Positions 1 to 7,105 of a stretch of 36,575 bases of DNA are shown in pieces. The stretch covers positions 1 through 36,575 of the forward strand of contig CAZZBQ010000005.1 of the NCBI GenBank assembly GCA_964652745.1, in the 5' to 3' direction. The translations under genes were made by a program, and so were the position numbers. Numbering within the stretch: position 1 is the first letter of the stretch; every line of letters begins with the position of its first letter. The stretch is from an uncultured Gammaproteobacteria bacterium. GTDB taxonomy: Bacteria; Patescibacteriota; Patescibacteriia; Patescibacteriales; UBA12465. The notes under the pieces were generated by a model. The model ran no database searches and was not told the DNA's origin. It saw nothing but the letters and a program-made list of their open reading frames with translations.

Positions 1-442
1 CAATAAGTTCCTTATCTTCAACCATATCGCACTTATTTAAGAAAACAACAATATAAGGCACACCAACTTGACGAGCTAGAAGGATGTGTTCTCTGGTCTG
101 AGGCATAGGGCCATCAGTAGCAGAAACAACCAAAATAGCGCCATCCATTTGAGCAGCGCCAGTAATCATGTTCTTAACATAATCGGCGTGACCAGGACAG
201 TCAACGTGAGCATAATGACGACCAGCTGATTCATATTCAACGTGAGCGGTTGCGATTGTAATACCTCTCTCTTTTTCTTCTGGAGCGGCATCAATTTCAC
301 CAACACCTTTGCTGGAAGCCTTCATGCCATTGGCATTGAAAACAGCCAACATAGCGGCGGTTAAAGTGGTTTTTCCATGATCAACGTGGCCGATAGTACC
401 GACGTTAACATGGGGCTTTGTGCGTTCAAATTTTTCTGCCAT
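1..442 (-). CDS. tuf: Elongation factor Tu, N-terminal part (3' end lies beyond the window start)
   Basis: Reverse-strand ATG at 442-440. Translation reads [34 protein letters not shown]...[83 protein letters not shown]1 (GHVDHGKT), G3 (DCPGH) and NKCD motifs are present. Missing from the ORF track because it is truncated. Lies downstream of fusA as in str operons. Confidence 0.95.
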   Translation of the reverse strand, partial: MAEKFERTKPHVNVGTIGHVDHGKTTLTAAMLAVFNANGMKASSKGVGEIDAAPEEKERGITIATAHVEYESAGRHYAHVDCPGHADYVKNMITGAAQMDGAILVVSATDGPMPQTREHILLARQVGVPYIVVFLNKCDMVEDKELI

Positions 443-454
443 GTTTTTGTTGTA

Positions 455-518
455 CGGCCCCCGCCATCCGCCTTAGTGGCGAAACGGGGTTTCTTTCCTG
501 TTACCAAGAAACCAGCCG
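455..518 (-). other. Structured intergenic RNA element (three-way junction candidate) just upstream of the tuf start codon
   Basis: Minus-strand reading: CGGC-UGGUUUCUU(GGUAACAGGA)AAGAAACC-CCCG..CGCC(ACUAA)GGCG..CGGGG-GCCG. That gives an 8-bp hairpin, a CCCCG/CGGGG plus CGCC/GGCG hairpin, and a possible closing CGGC/GCCG helix. It ends 13 nt before the tuf ATG. No tRNA T-loop or D-loop signatures. Confidence 0.3.
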
Positions 519-557
519 AACTAAAATTAAATATTATTAATAAATTATAACCAAAAT

Positions 558-974
558 TTACTCGATATTATGCGCCTTGTCTTTGACGGCGGGAGGAATC
601 TGCCAGCTCTTTTTTACCTTATCTTCTTCAGATAATGATTGAGCCTTATCTTGATTCTTCCACATCGAGATTTCCCGATTAATTTTATCAGTTAAATCTT
701 CGCCTGTCAAATCAGTTTCTTTCTTATTTTCTAGGCTAATCTCAACCTTTTCTGAGCCTACCGACACAACTGGTTCTACCTTAGAAACAACCGGAGCAAC
801 TGGCGCAACTGGAGTATTAACTGTGGCACTAATTAAAGCAGGGGCAGTCTCTAAATAACGAGCAATATCCATAATAACATAAGAGTCATCAGGATTGGCA
901 CCATCAAAGATAACAACGCGATCGCCGGTTTGTTTTATTAGGTTTAGAATTTTCTTAAGCTGCTCAGGAAACAT
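558..974 (-). CDS. Hypothetical protein inserted between fusA and tuf. The N-terminal ~45 aa are weakly Phd/YefM-antitoxin-like, followed by a Pro/Val/Ala linker and a charged C-terminus.
   Basis: 138-aa ORF, co-directional with and tightly spaced from fusA (36-nt gap). The segment GDRVVIFDGANPDDSYVIMDIARYLE resembles the strand-turn-strand-helix core of YefM-type antitoxins. TPVAPVAPVVSKVEPVV is a low-complexity linker. No motif I can name with certainty. Confidence 0.55.
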   Translation of the reverse strand: MFPEQLKKILNLIKQTGDRVVIFDGANPDDSYVIMDIARYLETAPALISATVNTPVAPVAPVVSKVEPVVSVGSEKVEISLENKKETDLTGEDLTDKINREISMWKNQDKAQSLSEEDKVKKSWQIPPAVKDKAHNIE

Positions 975-1010
975 AGACGTAATATCTTTAACTAGGATTT
1001 ATATTCTAGC

Positions 1011-3086
1011 TTATTTTCCCTTCTCTTTCAAGGTTTCAAGAATATTGCGTGGAACTTCAGCGTAGTGTGAGAATTCCATGGAATAATTAGCGCGACCTTG
1101 GCTCATTGAACGTAAGCTGGTTGAATAGCCAAACATTTCTGCCAAAGGCACTTTCGCCTTTATAACCTTAACATTAGTGCGATCAGACATTTCTTCAATC
1201 TGTCCGCGCTTACTATTTAAATCACCCATAATATTACCCATGTAATCTTCTGGGGTAGTAACCTCAACTTTCATAATCGGCTCTAATAAAACTGAGCCAG
1301 CTTTTTGGCAAGCATCTTTAAAAGCAAAGATAGCGGCCATTTTAAAGGCGATTTCCGAAGAGTCAACTTCATGATAAGAACCGTAGAAAACAGCGACCTT
1401 CATATCAACCATTGGATAACCAGCAAGAACACCGCCCTGCATCGCTTCCTTAACACCCTTTTCAATCGCTGGAATATATTCACGTGGAATAACGCCGCCC
1501 TTAACTTCATCAATAAATTCAAAACCCTTACCCTGTTCTTGCGGTTCAACACGCAAGGAACAATGACCATATTGACCACGACCACCAGACTGCTTGGCAT
1601 ATTTATGCTCTGCTTCGGCAACCCTAGTAATTGTTTCACGATAAGAAACCTGTGGTTTACCGACGTTAGCTTCAACGCCGAATTCTCTCTTCATGCGATC
1701 AACAATGATTTCCAAGTGAAGTTCACCCATACCGGAAATCAAAACTTGATTAGTTTCTTCATCAGTTTCCACACGGAAAGTCGGGTCTTCTTCCGCTAAG
1801 CGGGACAAAGCCACGCCCATCTTTTCCTGGTCGGCCTTAGTCTTCGGTTCAACCGCAATCTTAATAACCGGTTCTGGGAAATTAATAGATTCAAGCAACA
1901 TCGGCGCATCTTCAGCACAAAGAGTATTACCAGTCGTGGTATTCTTTAAACCGATAATCGCAGCGATATCGCCAGCATAGATTTCTTTAATCTCTTCACG
2001 GTGATTAGCGTGCATACGGACCAAGCGACCAATGCGTTCTTTATTTCCAGTTGAAGAGTTAACAATATAAGAACCAGCGGTTAAAACACCCTGATAAACG
2101 CGAACGAAGCAAAGCTTACCGACAAACGGGTCAGTGGCGATTTTAAAAGCTAAACCGGCAAACGACTTGCTGTCATCGGCAACAACAGGAATCTTCTTTT
2201 CTTCATCATTAATATCAGTGGCAAACATTTCTGGGATATCAATTGGAGATGGTAAATATTCAACCACAGCATCAAGTGCCAACTGTACGCCAACATTCTG
2301 TAAGGCAGTCCCACATAAAACCGGATAAATAGCATTAGCAATAACACCTTTGCGGATAGCCGCTTTTAATTCGTCAACGCTCACTTCTTGTCCATTTAAA
2401 TACTTCTCCATAGTGGCCTCATCACACTCAACTGCTTTTTCTACTAATTCAGCATGGAATTGATCAACCTTCTCTTTCATGTCTTCAGGAACTGGAATTT
2501 CTTCAATATTAACACCAAAATGGCCACTAAACTTATAAGCCTTCTTATGCAACAAATCAATAACACCAGACAAGTCACTTTCTGCACCAATTGGTAACTG
2601 AACAGCAACCGCCTTCTGATTTAATCTTGTTCTAATAGAATTCAAACTCATGTAGAAATCTGCTCCCATTTTATCCATTTTATTGATGAAGCAAAGTCTT
2701 GGAACATGATATTTATCAGCTTGACGCCATACTGTTTCAGATTGTGGCTCAACGCCAGCTTGGCCATCAAAAACAGCAATCGCGCCATCAAGTACGCGTA
2801 AAGAACGTTCAACTTCAACCGTGAAATCAACGTGTCCCGGAGTATCAATAATATTGATTTTCTTATTCTTCCAAAAACAAGTAGTGGCCGCGGAAGTAAT
2901 AGTAATACCTCTTTCCTTCTCCTGTTCCATCCAGTCCATTTCGGCAGCGCCTTCATGTACTTCACCAATTTTATGTTTCTTGCCAGTATAAAAAAGGACG
3001 CGTTCGGTAAACGTAGTTTTACCAGCATCAATGTGAGCCATGATGCCGATATTTCTAATGTTGTCTAGAGAATAGTCTCGGGCCAT
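1011..3086 (-). CDS. fusA: Elongation factor G
   Basis: 691 aa. Motifs: [72 protein letters not shown]. Canonical position after rpsG. Confidence 0.97.
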   Translation of the reverse strand: MARDYSLDNIRNIGIMAHIDAGKTTFTERVLFYTGKKHKIGEVHEGAAEMDWMEQEKERGITITSAATTCFWKNKKINIIDTPGHVDFTVEVERSLRVLDGAIAVFDGQAGVEPQSETVWRQADKYHVPRLCFINKMDKMGADFYMSLNSIRTRLNQKAVAVQLPIGAESDLSGVIDLLHKKAYKFSGHFGVNIEEIPVPEDMKEKVDQFHAELVEKAVECDEATMEKYLNGQEVSVDELKAAIRKGVIANAIYPVLCGTALQNVGVQLALDAVVEYLPSPIDIPEMFATDINDEEKKIPVVADDSKSFAGLAFKIATDPFVGKLCFVRVYQGVLTAGSYIVNSSTGNKERIGRLVRMHANHREEIKEIYAGDIAAIIGLKNTTTGNTLCAEDAPMLLESINFPEPVIKIAVEPKTKADQEKMGVALSRLAEEDPTFRVETDEETNQVLISGMGELHLEIIVDRMKREFGVEANVGKPQVSYRETITRVAEAEHKYAKQSGGRGQYGHCSLRVEPQEQGKGFEFIDEVKGGVIPREYIPAIEKGVKEAMQGGVLAGYPMVDMKVAVFYGSYHEVDSSEIAFKMAAIFAFKDACQKAGSVLLEPIMKVEVTTPEDYMGNIMGDLNSKRGQIEEMSDRTNVKVIKAKVPLAEMFGYSTSLRSMSQGRANYSMEFSHYAEVPRNILETLKEKGK

Positions 3087-3116
3087 ATAATATTATTTAT
3101 GTCTTATTATGCACAT

Positions 3117-3150
3117 AAGCGGCCAAAAAACAGTAAACTGCCGGCCGCTT
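3117..3150 (-). other. GC-rich hairpin in the rpsG-fusA spacer
   Basis: AAGCGGCC ... GGCCGCTT is a perfect 8-bp stem around an 18-nt loop that holds a CAGT/ACTG mini-hairpin. It is not followed by a clean U-run on the minus strand, so it is not a classical terminator. Confidence 0.3.
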
Positions 3151-3166
3151 GGTGGTTAATATAATT

Positions 3167-3634
3167 TTATCGTGAAAAATGAGCAAACGCTTTATTAGCT
3201 TCAGCCATCTTGTGAACAGCTTCACGCTTCTTGAAAGCATTGCCTTCGCCATTTGAGGCGTCTAAAATTTCGGCAGCTAACTTCTCAGCCATAGAGCGTC
3301 CGCGACGATCATGAGCAGCCTTAATCATCCAATTGCAACCCAAGAAATAGCGTCTTTCGCCTCTAACCTGGAAAGGAACTTGATAGTTAGCGCCGCCAAC
3401 GCGCTTACCTCTAACTTCAACAAGCGGAGAAACTTTCTTTAAAGCTTTGTTGAAAATATGGCGTGGGTCTTGTTTTGTCTTTTCCTTTAGAATTTCAAAA
3501 GAATTATAGACGATATTTTCGGCGACACTCTTCTTACCTTCTTCCATGACGTAATTAATAAATTTGGCGATATTAATATCGTTGTATTTTGAATCACCTT
3601 CAATCTCTCTTTTTGGAGCTGGTTTTCCTCTCAT
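3167..3634 (-). CDS. rpsG: 30S ribosomal protein S7
   Basis: 155 aa. MRGKPAPKREIEGDSKYND..., VEVRGKRVGGANYQVPFQVRGERR, AHFSR terminus. str operon context. Confidence 0.96.
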   Translation of the reverse strand: MRGKPAPKREIEGDSKYNDINIAKFINYVMEEGKKSVAENIVYNSFEILKEKTKQDPRHIFNKALKKVSPLVEVRGKRVGGANYQVPFQVRGERRYFLGCNWMIKAAHDRRGRSMAEKLAAEILDASNGEGNAFKKREAVHKMAEANKAFAHFSR

Positions 3635-3656
3635 ATTTGTATACTTTTATCTTAAT

Positions 3657-4082
3657 TTATTTGGCTGCCTTTGGTTTCTTAGCACCGTAGGAACTGCGGC
3701 TCTTGCGGCGAGCTTCAACACCAGAAGCATCATAAACGCCACGTACAACCTTGTAGCGAACACCAGGAAGATCTTTGGTCTTACCGCCCTTTACCAAAAC
3801 AATGGAGTGCTCCTGAAGGTTATGTCCCATACCTGGGATATAAGCAGTAACTTCCATACCATTAGAAAGGCGGACACGAGCAATCTTACGAAGCGCTGAG
3901 TTAGGCTTCTTTGGAGTAGTCGTGGTTACCTTTAAACAGACGCCTTGTTTAAATGGAGCGCCTTTGGCAGTTTCCTTCTTTTTACGATGTAAGGAATCAA
4001 GGCTAACGTGGAGGGCTAAAGACTTCTTTCCAGCCGCCACTTTCTTGCGTCCTTGTCTGACTAATTGGTTTATAGTTGGCAT
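3657..4082 (-). CDS. rpsL: 30S ribosomal protein S12
   Basis: 141 aa. [14 protein letters not shown]..., [62 protein letters not shown]. Confidence 0.97.
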   Translation of the reverse strand: MPTINQLVRQGRKKVAAGKKSLALHVSLDSLHRKKKETAKGAPFKQGVCLKVTTTTPKKPNSALRKIARVRLSNGMEVTAYIPGMGHNLQEHSIVLVKGGKTKDLPGVRYKVVRGVYDASGVEARRKSRSSYGAKKPKAAK

Positions 4083-4168
4083 AATTTTTACCTTCGGATC
4101 AACCGTCCGCTTTTAAATATTAAAATAATCCTGAGCATTCAGGATGTATTATTTTTTTATACTAATTA

Positions 4169-4197
4169 AATTTAACAAAATCTAAAATATAAGTCAA
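4169..4197 (-). promoter_or_regulatory. Candidate promoter of the str operon
   Basis: Minus strand reads TTGACT, 17 nt, TAAATT, about 90 nt upstream of the rpsL ATG. A 7-bp hairpin (ATCCTGA-GCAT-TCAGGAT, 4127-4144) lies in the putative leader. Chance matches are plausible in AT-rich DNA. Confidence 0.35.
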
Positions 4198-4267
4198 GGC
4201 TAAATGGGCTATTTTCAGGGTTTCTTAGTAATCGCTAACTCGCTTATTTTACCAAGATTCTTTATCA

Positions 4268-4296
4268 TTGACAAAAATTGGTATATATGATAATAT
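4268..4296 (+). promoter_or_regulatory. Near-consensus sigma70-type promoter of the orphan gene
   Basis: TTGACA (4268-4273), 17 nt, TAATAT (4291-4296), 35 nt upstream of the ATG at 4331. Confidence 0.6.
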
Positions 4297-4330
4297 TTCT
4301 CTATTCATACGAACTTTAAAAACTTATAAA

Positions 4331-5071
4331 ATGGAAAATAAACAAAAATTATTAGATTCCCCTATGAACAAACTAGGACTGGGTGGTGCTTTTAATAACT
4401 ACTTTTGGAGCAAAGACGTGCAGCAGTCGGACGTAATAACATTAACTGAGTTTATTTCTTTGAATCCGTTTCTTAAGGCGAGTAAAGAAATATTTATTTG
4501 TTGGCGAACACCAGAAATTAAAAGAAGTATTCGTCATAGAACATTTATTAAAGAATCGAGAAGCTTTCAAAAATTAAAAAACTTCTTGCTTAAGAATAAA
4601 TTTACTCATGAAGACTGGGTGCTACTATTACCAAATGCTCTAACCGCTAAAGGTCTGCTCCCGAACTTAGCACTCTTAAGTAAGCAAAGTTTATTAAATT
4701 TGCCTTATCAGCATGTTACTGAAACAAAGTTGTCTTGCCGTCCAGCCGAACTCATCCGATATTATTTTGAACGTTCTTCTGAGCAACCAATTTTAGTAAA
4801 GGATATCATTAATTTAACTGATGATAATTTACAATCATCATTTTTTCCTCCTTACAAGAAAACTATGGAAAAAACTTTCGTAAATATCCAAAAAAGATTC
4901 AAAAGGTATAACCTAACAAAAGAAGATGGACCATTTATGAAAATAGATTTTTCATCAAAAAAATCAAAAGATTATTATTTAAATGATCTGATTCACAATA
5001 AAGGTTTTTCTAAAAAAGAAGCTATAACCGCCATAAACCTTGGAATCAAAGCTGGTTGGATTTTTTTCTAG
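4331..5071 (+). CDS. Orphan hypothetical protein (246 aa) with two internal repeats that resemble the RNA polymerase alpha C-terminal domain (helix-hairpin-helix)
   Basis: The ORF-track start at 4268 is a TTG that coincides with the -35 hexamer, so the first ATG (MENKQKLL, 4331) is preferred. Repeat A is aa 14-92 (KLGLGGAFNNYFWSKDVQQSDVITLTEFISLNPFLKAS...RSFQKLKNFLLKNKFT). Repeat B is aa 133-196 (KLSCRPAELIRYYFERSSEQPILVKDIINLTDDNLQSS..YKKTMEKTFVNIQKRFKRYNLT). Repeat B parallels the alpha-CTD pattern LSVRS.NCLK...TV.EL...TE.DL.....LG.KSLEE. The gene is visibly more AT-rich than its neighbours. Confidence 0.6.
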   Translation: MENKQKLLDSPMNKLGLGGAFNNYFWSKDVQQSDVITLTEFISLNPFLKASKEIFICWRTPEIKRSIRHRTFIKESRSFQKLKNFLLKNKFTHEDWVLLLPNALTAKGLLPNLALLSKQSLLNLPYQHVTETKLSCRPAELIRYYFERSSEQPILVKDIINLTDDNLQSSFFPPYKKTMEKTFVNIQKRFKRYNLTKEDGPFMKIDFSSKKSKDYYLNDLIHNKGFSKKEAITAINLGIKAGWIFF

Positions 5072-5084
5072 AGACTTTAATTAA

Positions 5085-5143
5085 AAACAAAAGACCCGAG
5101 TCTATTAAGATTCGGGTCTCTTTTTATACAAAAGGTTTTTAGT
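5085..5143. repeat. 59-nt direct repeat, copy 1 (contains a bidirectional terminator)
   Basis: aaacaaaagacccgagtctatTaagattcgggtctctttttatacaaaaggtttttagt. Matches 7039-7097 at 58 of 59 positions. The single difference lies in the hairpin loop. Confidence 0.95.
5086..5127. terminator. Bidirectional intrinsic terminator between the orphan gene (+) and the toxin gene (-)
   Basis: 12-bp stem AGACCCGAGTCT / AGATTCGGGTCT (one G-U pair), loop ATTA (5092-5119). Flanked by an A-run upstream and CTTTTTAT downstream. Confidence 0.8.
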
Positions 5144-5384
5144 ATTTTCTGTATGTATTATCGGATCTTCTTTCTACTGCTAGAATAAAATATTTTCCCT
5201 CAGAATCTTTTTTAAAAATAACGCGCAGCTTACCCTTTCTAACACGAAAAATATCATCACAATTTTTTAATTTTTTTAAATCTAAACCAGCAAAAATGCC
5301 GGTCTTGATTTTTAGTAAAACAGACTTCATTGTTTCCCTTTCCGATGAAGATAAACTTAAAAGCGCTTTGGCAATTTTATCCAT
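5139..5384 (-). CDS. Type II toxin, RelE/ParE superfamily
   Basis: 81 aa. ...LKKLKNCDDIFRVRKGKLRVIFKKDSEGKYFILAVERRSDNTYRKY matches the RelE/ParE pattern (L..L.....FR.R.G.YR.I......I.I..V.hR...Y). It starts 4 nt after the upstream antitoxin ORF ends. Confidence 0.8.
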   Translation of the reverse strand: MDKIAKALLSLSSSERETMKSVLLKIKTGIFAGLDLKKLKNCDDIFRVRKGKLRVIFKKDSEGKYFILAVERRSDNTYRKY

Positions 5385-5388
5385 AAGC

Positions 5389-5604
5389 TTAAAGCGCCTT
5401 TAAGAGCTCATCAATATTAACTCCGCCCTTTTTAATCTTGGTAAAATTAACGGCTTCTTCCCAGCTACTGTCTTCGTCAACCGGACTAATTTTAAATAAG
5501 GGCTTGCTTTGTTTTAAAACAATAAAAGATTTGCCCGCTTTTACTTCAGAAGCGTATTTATCCATGTTTAATCTTAAATCTTTTAAGGCAATTAGGCTTT
5601 CCAT
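5389..5604 (-). CDS. Type II antitoxin, Phd/YefM-like
   Basis: 71 aa. LKDLRLNMDKYASEVKAGKSFIVLKQSKPLFKISPVDE is the typical N-terminal Phd/YefM core. Antitoxin-first operon with the RelE-like ORF. Confidence 0.75.
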   Translation of the reverse strand: MESLIALKDLRLNMDKYASEVKAGKSFIVLKQSKPLFKISPVDEDSSWEEAVNFTKIKKGGVNIDELLKAL

Positions 5605-5625
5605 ATATTTTGACTAAATAAGTGA

Positions 5626-5654
5626 GGTTATCTTTAGTTTAACAAAAGATAACC
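5626..5654. promoter_or_regulatory. Perfect 10-bp inverted repeat, candidate antitoxin operator
   Basis: GGTTATCTTT, 9 nt, AAAGATAACC. It overlaps the spacer and -10 of the minus-strand TA promoter. Confidence 0.55.
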
Positions 5655-5664
5655 CCAGTGTCAA
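5636..5664 (-). promoter_or_regulatory. Candidate promoter of the toxin-antitoxin operon
   Basis: Minus strand reads TTGACA (5664-5659), 17 nt, TAAACT (5641-5636), about 30 nt upstream of the antitoxin ATG. Confidence 0.5.
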
Positions 5665-5681
5665 GGTAAATAGCGAAGTTA

Positions 5682-5710
5682 TTGACAAATTTAGTAATAT
5701 GTTCTATAAT
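5682..5710 (+). promoter_or_regulatory. Consensus sigma70-type promoter of the 400-aa membrane protein gene
   Basis: TTGACA (5682-5687), exactly 17 nt, TATAAT (5705-5710). It implies a leader of about 93 nt before the ATG at 5810. Confidence 0.65.
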
Positions 5711-5809
5711 ATATCTCATAGTGCGCTAAACGGTTGGCACTTAAAAGCCGTACAAGGCTGTGCCCTGTTAAAGGAGTTAAAGAAACCGGTTCCTTAAAAA
5801 TTTAATAAA

Positions 5810-7012
5810 ATGAGTGATTTAAAAGAAAGAGTTATTAACGTGCTAACAAACATGTTAATCAATGTTGTAATGTTTGGGCTCCCTATTGCCCTAGTTGTAA
5901 TGTTCGGAGAAAATTTTTCTCTCTGGATTAATCTCCTAACTTTAGGTTGCGTCCTGTTTGTATCCGCCGTTCTCTCAATGGTCGGCGACGAATACGAAAG
6001 CCCAAAAAGGATTCTACTTGCCTTAATTGGCGCTTCAATTGCTGCTAGTTTAAAAGTACTAGCTTATCCCGGTCACACGACCGCGGTAATCCTGTCTACA
6101 GTCCTAATTATTGGCACCTACGACCTTATTAACCGCGGTCAAATCATTTGGCTGGAATTTGCTCGTAGTGCAAGGTTGCGTTTCCTGGGAAAATTTATTT
6201 TCCTGACAACCATCCTCTTTCTTATCAGTTTAATAGTCGCCAACTTCGGCAACCAGACAATCTGGATTCCCATAGTAGCAGCTTCTCTGATAATTCTATT
6301 GCTGTCCGTTAAAAATAATTATCTTTATGACGAGGAAATAGGGGCAAGACTATTATTTGCGCCAGCACTGTTTATTCTTTCTGGAGTAATTAGTACAATT
6401 ATCCAATTTTGGTCAGTAGAACTTTTCTGGGGAATTAAACTTTGGCAACTTTTAATTGGCATGTTAATTGTAATGATCATTATTGCTTTCTTGGTAGTAA
6501 GGAGATGCCGAAATAAACAGCGCGAAAAACAAGAAGGAATAAAAAGGATGGAAGAAATAAGATTAAAAAAAGAAATAGAAAAAGGATTAAGCGAAAAAGC
6601 CAAAGAAAAAGAAAAGGTGGATATGTTTAATGCCCTAATGGAAAAGGATCCTAATACCATTACTATCAGAGATCTGGCCACGATTTATAATTTCGATAAA
6701 AACGCAGCTATCCAGCGATTTTTAGATTCTGAAATAATGCCAGCACACATTTCCAGCCTACTTACCGTTTCAATACACAAAAAACAAATTGTCTGGCAAG
6801 CAGATATGACCATTATGCTAGAAATTCTAGAATTAATCGCCAGCAAAAGCTTTTTCGATGAAGAGCTTGGCCTTGTGATTAAAATCACCCAGACAATCAG
6901 AGAAAAAATTATCAATTCAAAAATGCCTGGAGAAAAAAATCCCTACAAAGGTGAAAGTGAGCTTATTAACATGCTCACTAAAATTGAAAAAGCTGCTAGT
7001 ACTAACAACTAG
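5810..7012 (+). CDS. Hypothetical polytopic membrane protein with a charged coiled-coil segment and a soluble C-terminal domain
   Basis: 400 aa. Residues ~1-230 form about 7-8 hydrophobic helices. These are followed by RRCRNKQREKQEGIKRMEEIRLKKEIEKGLSEKAKEKEK and a ~130-aa C-terminal region with no motif I recognise. Confidence 0.7.
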   Translation: MSDLKERVINVLTNMLINVVMFGLPIALVVMFGENFSLWINLLTLGCVLFVSAVLSMVGDEYESPKRILLALIGASIAASLKVLAYPGHTTAVILSTVLIIGTYDLINRGQIIWLEFARSARLRFLGKFIFLTTILFLISLIVANFGNQTIWIPIVAASLIILLLSVKNNYLYDEEIGARLLFAPALFILSGVISTIIQFWSVELFWGIKLWQLLIGMLIVMIIIAFLVVRRCRNKQREKQEGIKRMEEIRLKKEIEKGLSEKAKEKEKVDMFNALMEKDPNTITIRDLATIYNFDKNAAIQRFLDSEIMPAHISSLLTVSIHKKQIVWQADMTIMLEILELIASKSFFDEELGLVIKITQTIREKIINSKMPGEKNPYKGESELINMLTKIEKAASTNN

Positions 7013-7038
7013 CAAACAAAAAACTCAAAAATCAAAGC

Positions 7039-7097
7039 AAACAAAAGACCCGAGTCTATCAAGATTCGGGTCTCTTTTTATACAAAAGGTTTTTAGT
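7039..7097. repeat. 59-nt direct repeat, copy 2 (contains a bidirectional terminator)
   Basis: aaacaaaagacccgagtctatCaagattcgggtctctttttatacaaaaggtttttagt, exactly 1954 nt downstream of copy 1. Confidence 0.95.
7040..7081. terminator. Bidirectional intrinsic terminator between the membrane protein gene (+) and the M50 protease gene (-)
   Basis: Same 12-bp stem as at 5092-5119 (7046-7073), loop ATCA, with T-runs on both strands. Confidence 0.8.
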
Positions 7098-7105
7098 GTC
7101 TATCT

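Noticed and set aside
455-518. Possible tRNA upstream of tuf, as in tRNA-tufB arrangements
   Set aside because: No GTTCRANYC-type T-loop, no D-loop GG and no 7-bp acceptor stem with a discriminator could be drawn. Kept only as an unclassified structured element.
1305-1799. 164-aa plus-strand ORF, and other ORFs at 1400-1675, 2134-2347, 2648-3068, inside fusA
   Set aside because: They lie entirely within or antisense to the strongly supported EF-G frame. Their sequences are low-complexity or hydrophobic shadow translations with no motifs. These are typical antisense shadow ORFs.
4268-4330. ORF-track N-terminal extension (TTG start, MTKIGIYDNISLF...) of the orphan gene
   Set aside because: The TTG is the first three bases of a TTGACA -35 hexamer of a near-consensus promoter (TTGACA-17-TAATAT). 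The first ATG at 4331 lies downstream of that promoter.
5085-5143. 59-nt repeats as integron attC sites ('59-base elements') flanking a TA cassette
   Set aside because: The length coincidence is tempting and TA genes are common in cassettes. However, I see no RYYYAAC/GTTRRRY core sites, no extrahelical-base architecture and no intI nearby. The hairpin plus T-runs are explained well as a rho-independent terminator.
5771-5776. AAGGAG in the membrane-protein leader as the RBS of a hidden small ORF
   Set aside because: No ATG, GTG or TTG lies within 5-12 nt downstream. Most genes here lack Shine-Dalgarno sequences, so this is likely coincidental or part of the leader structure.
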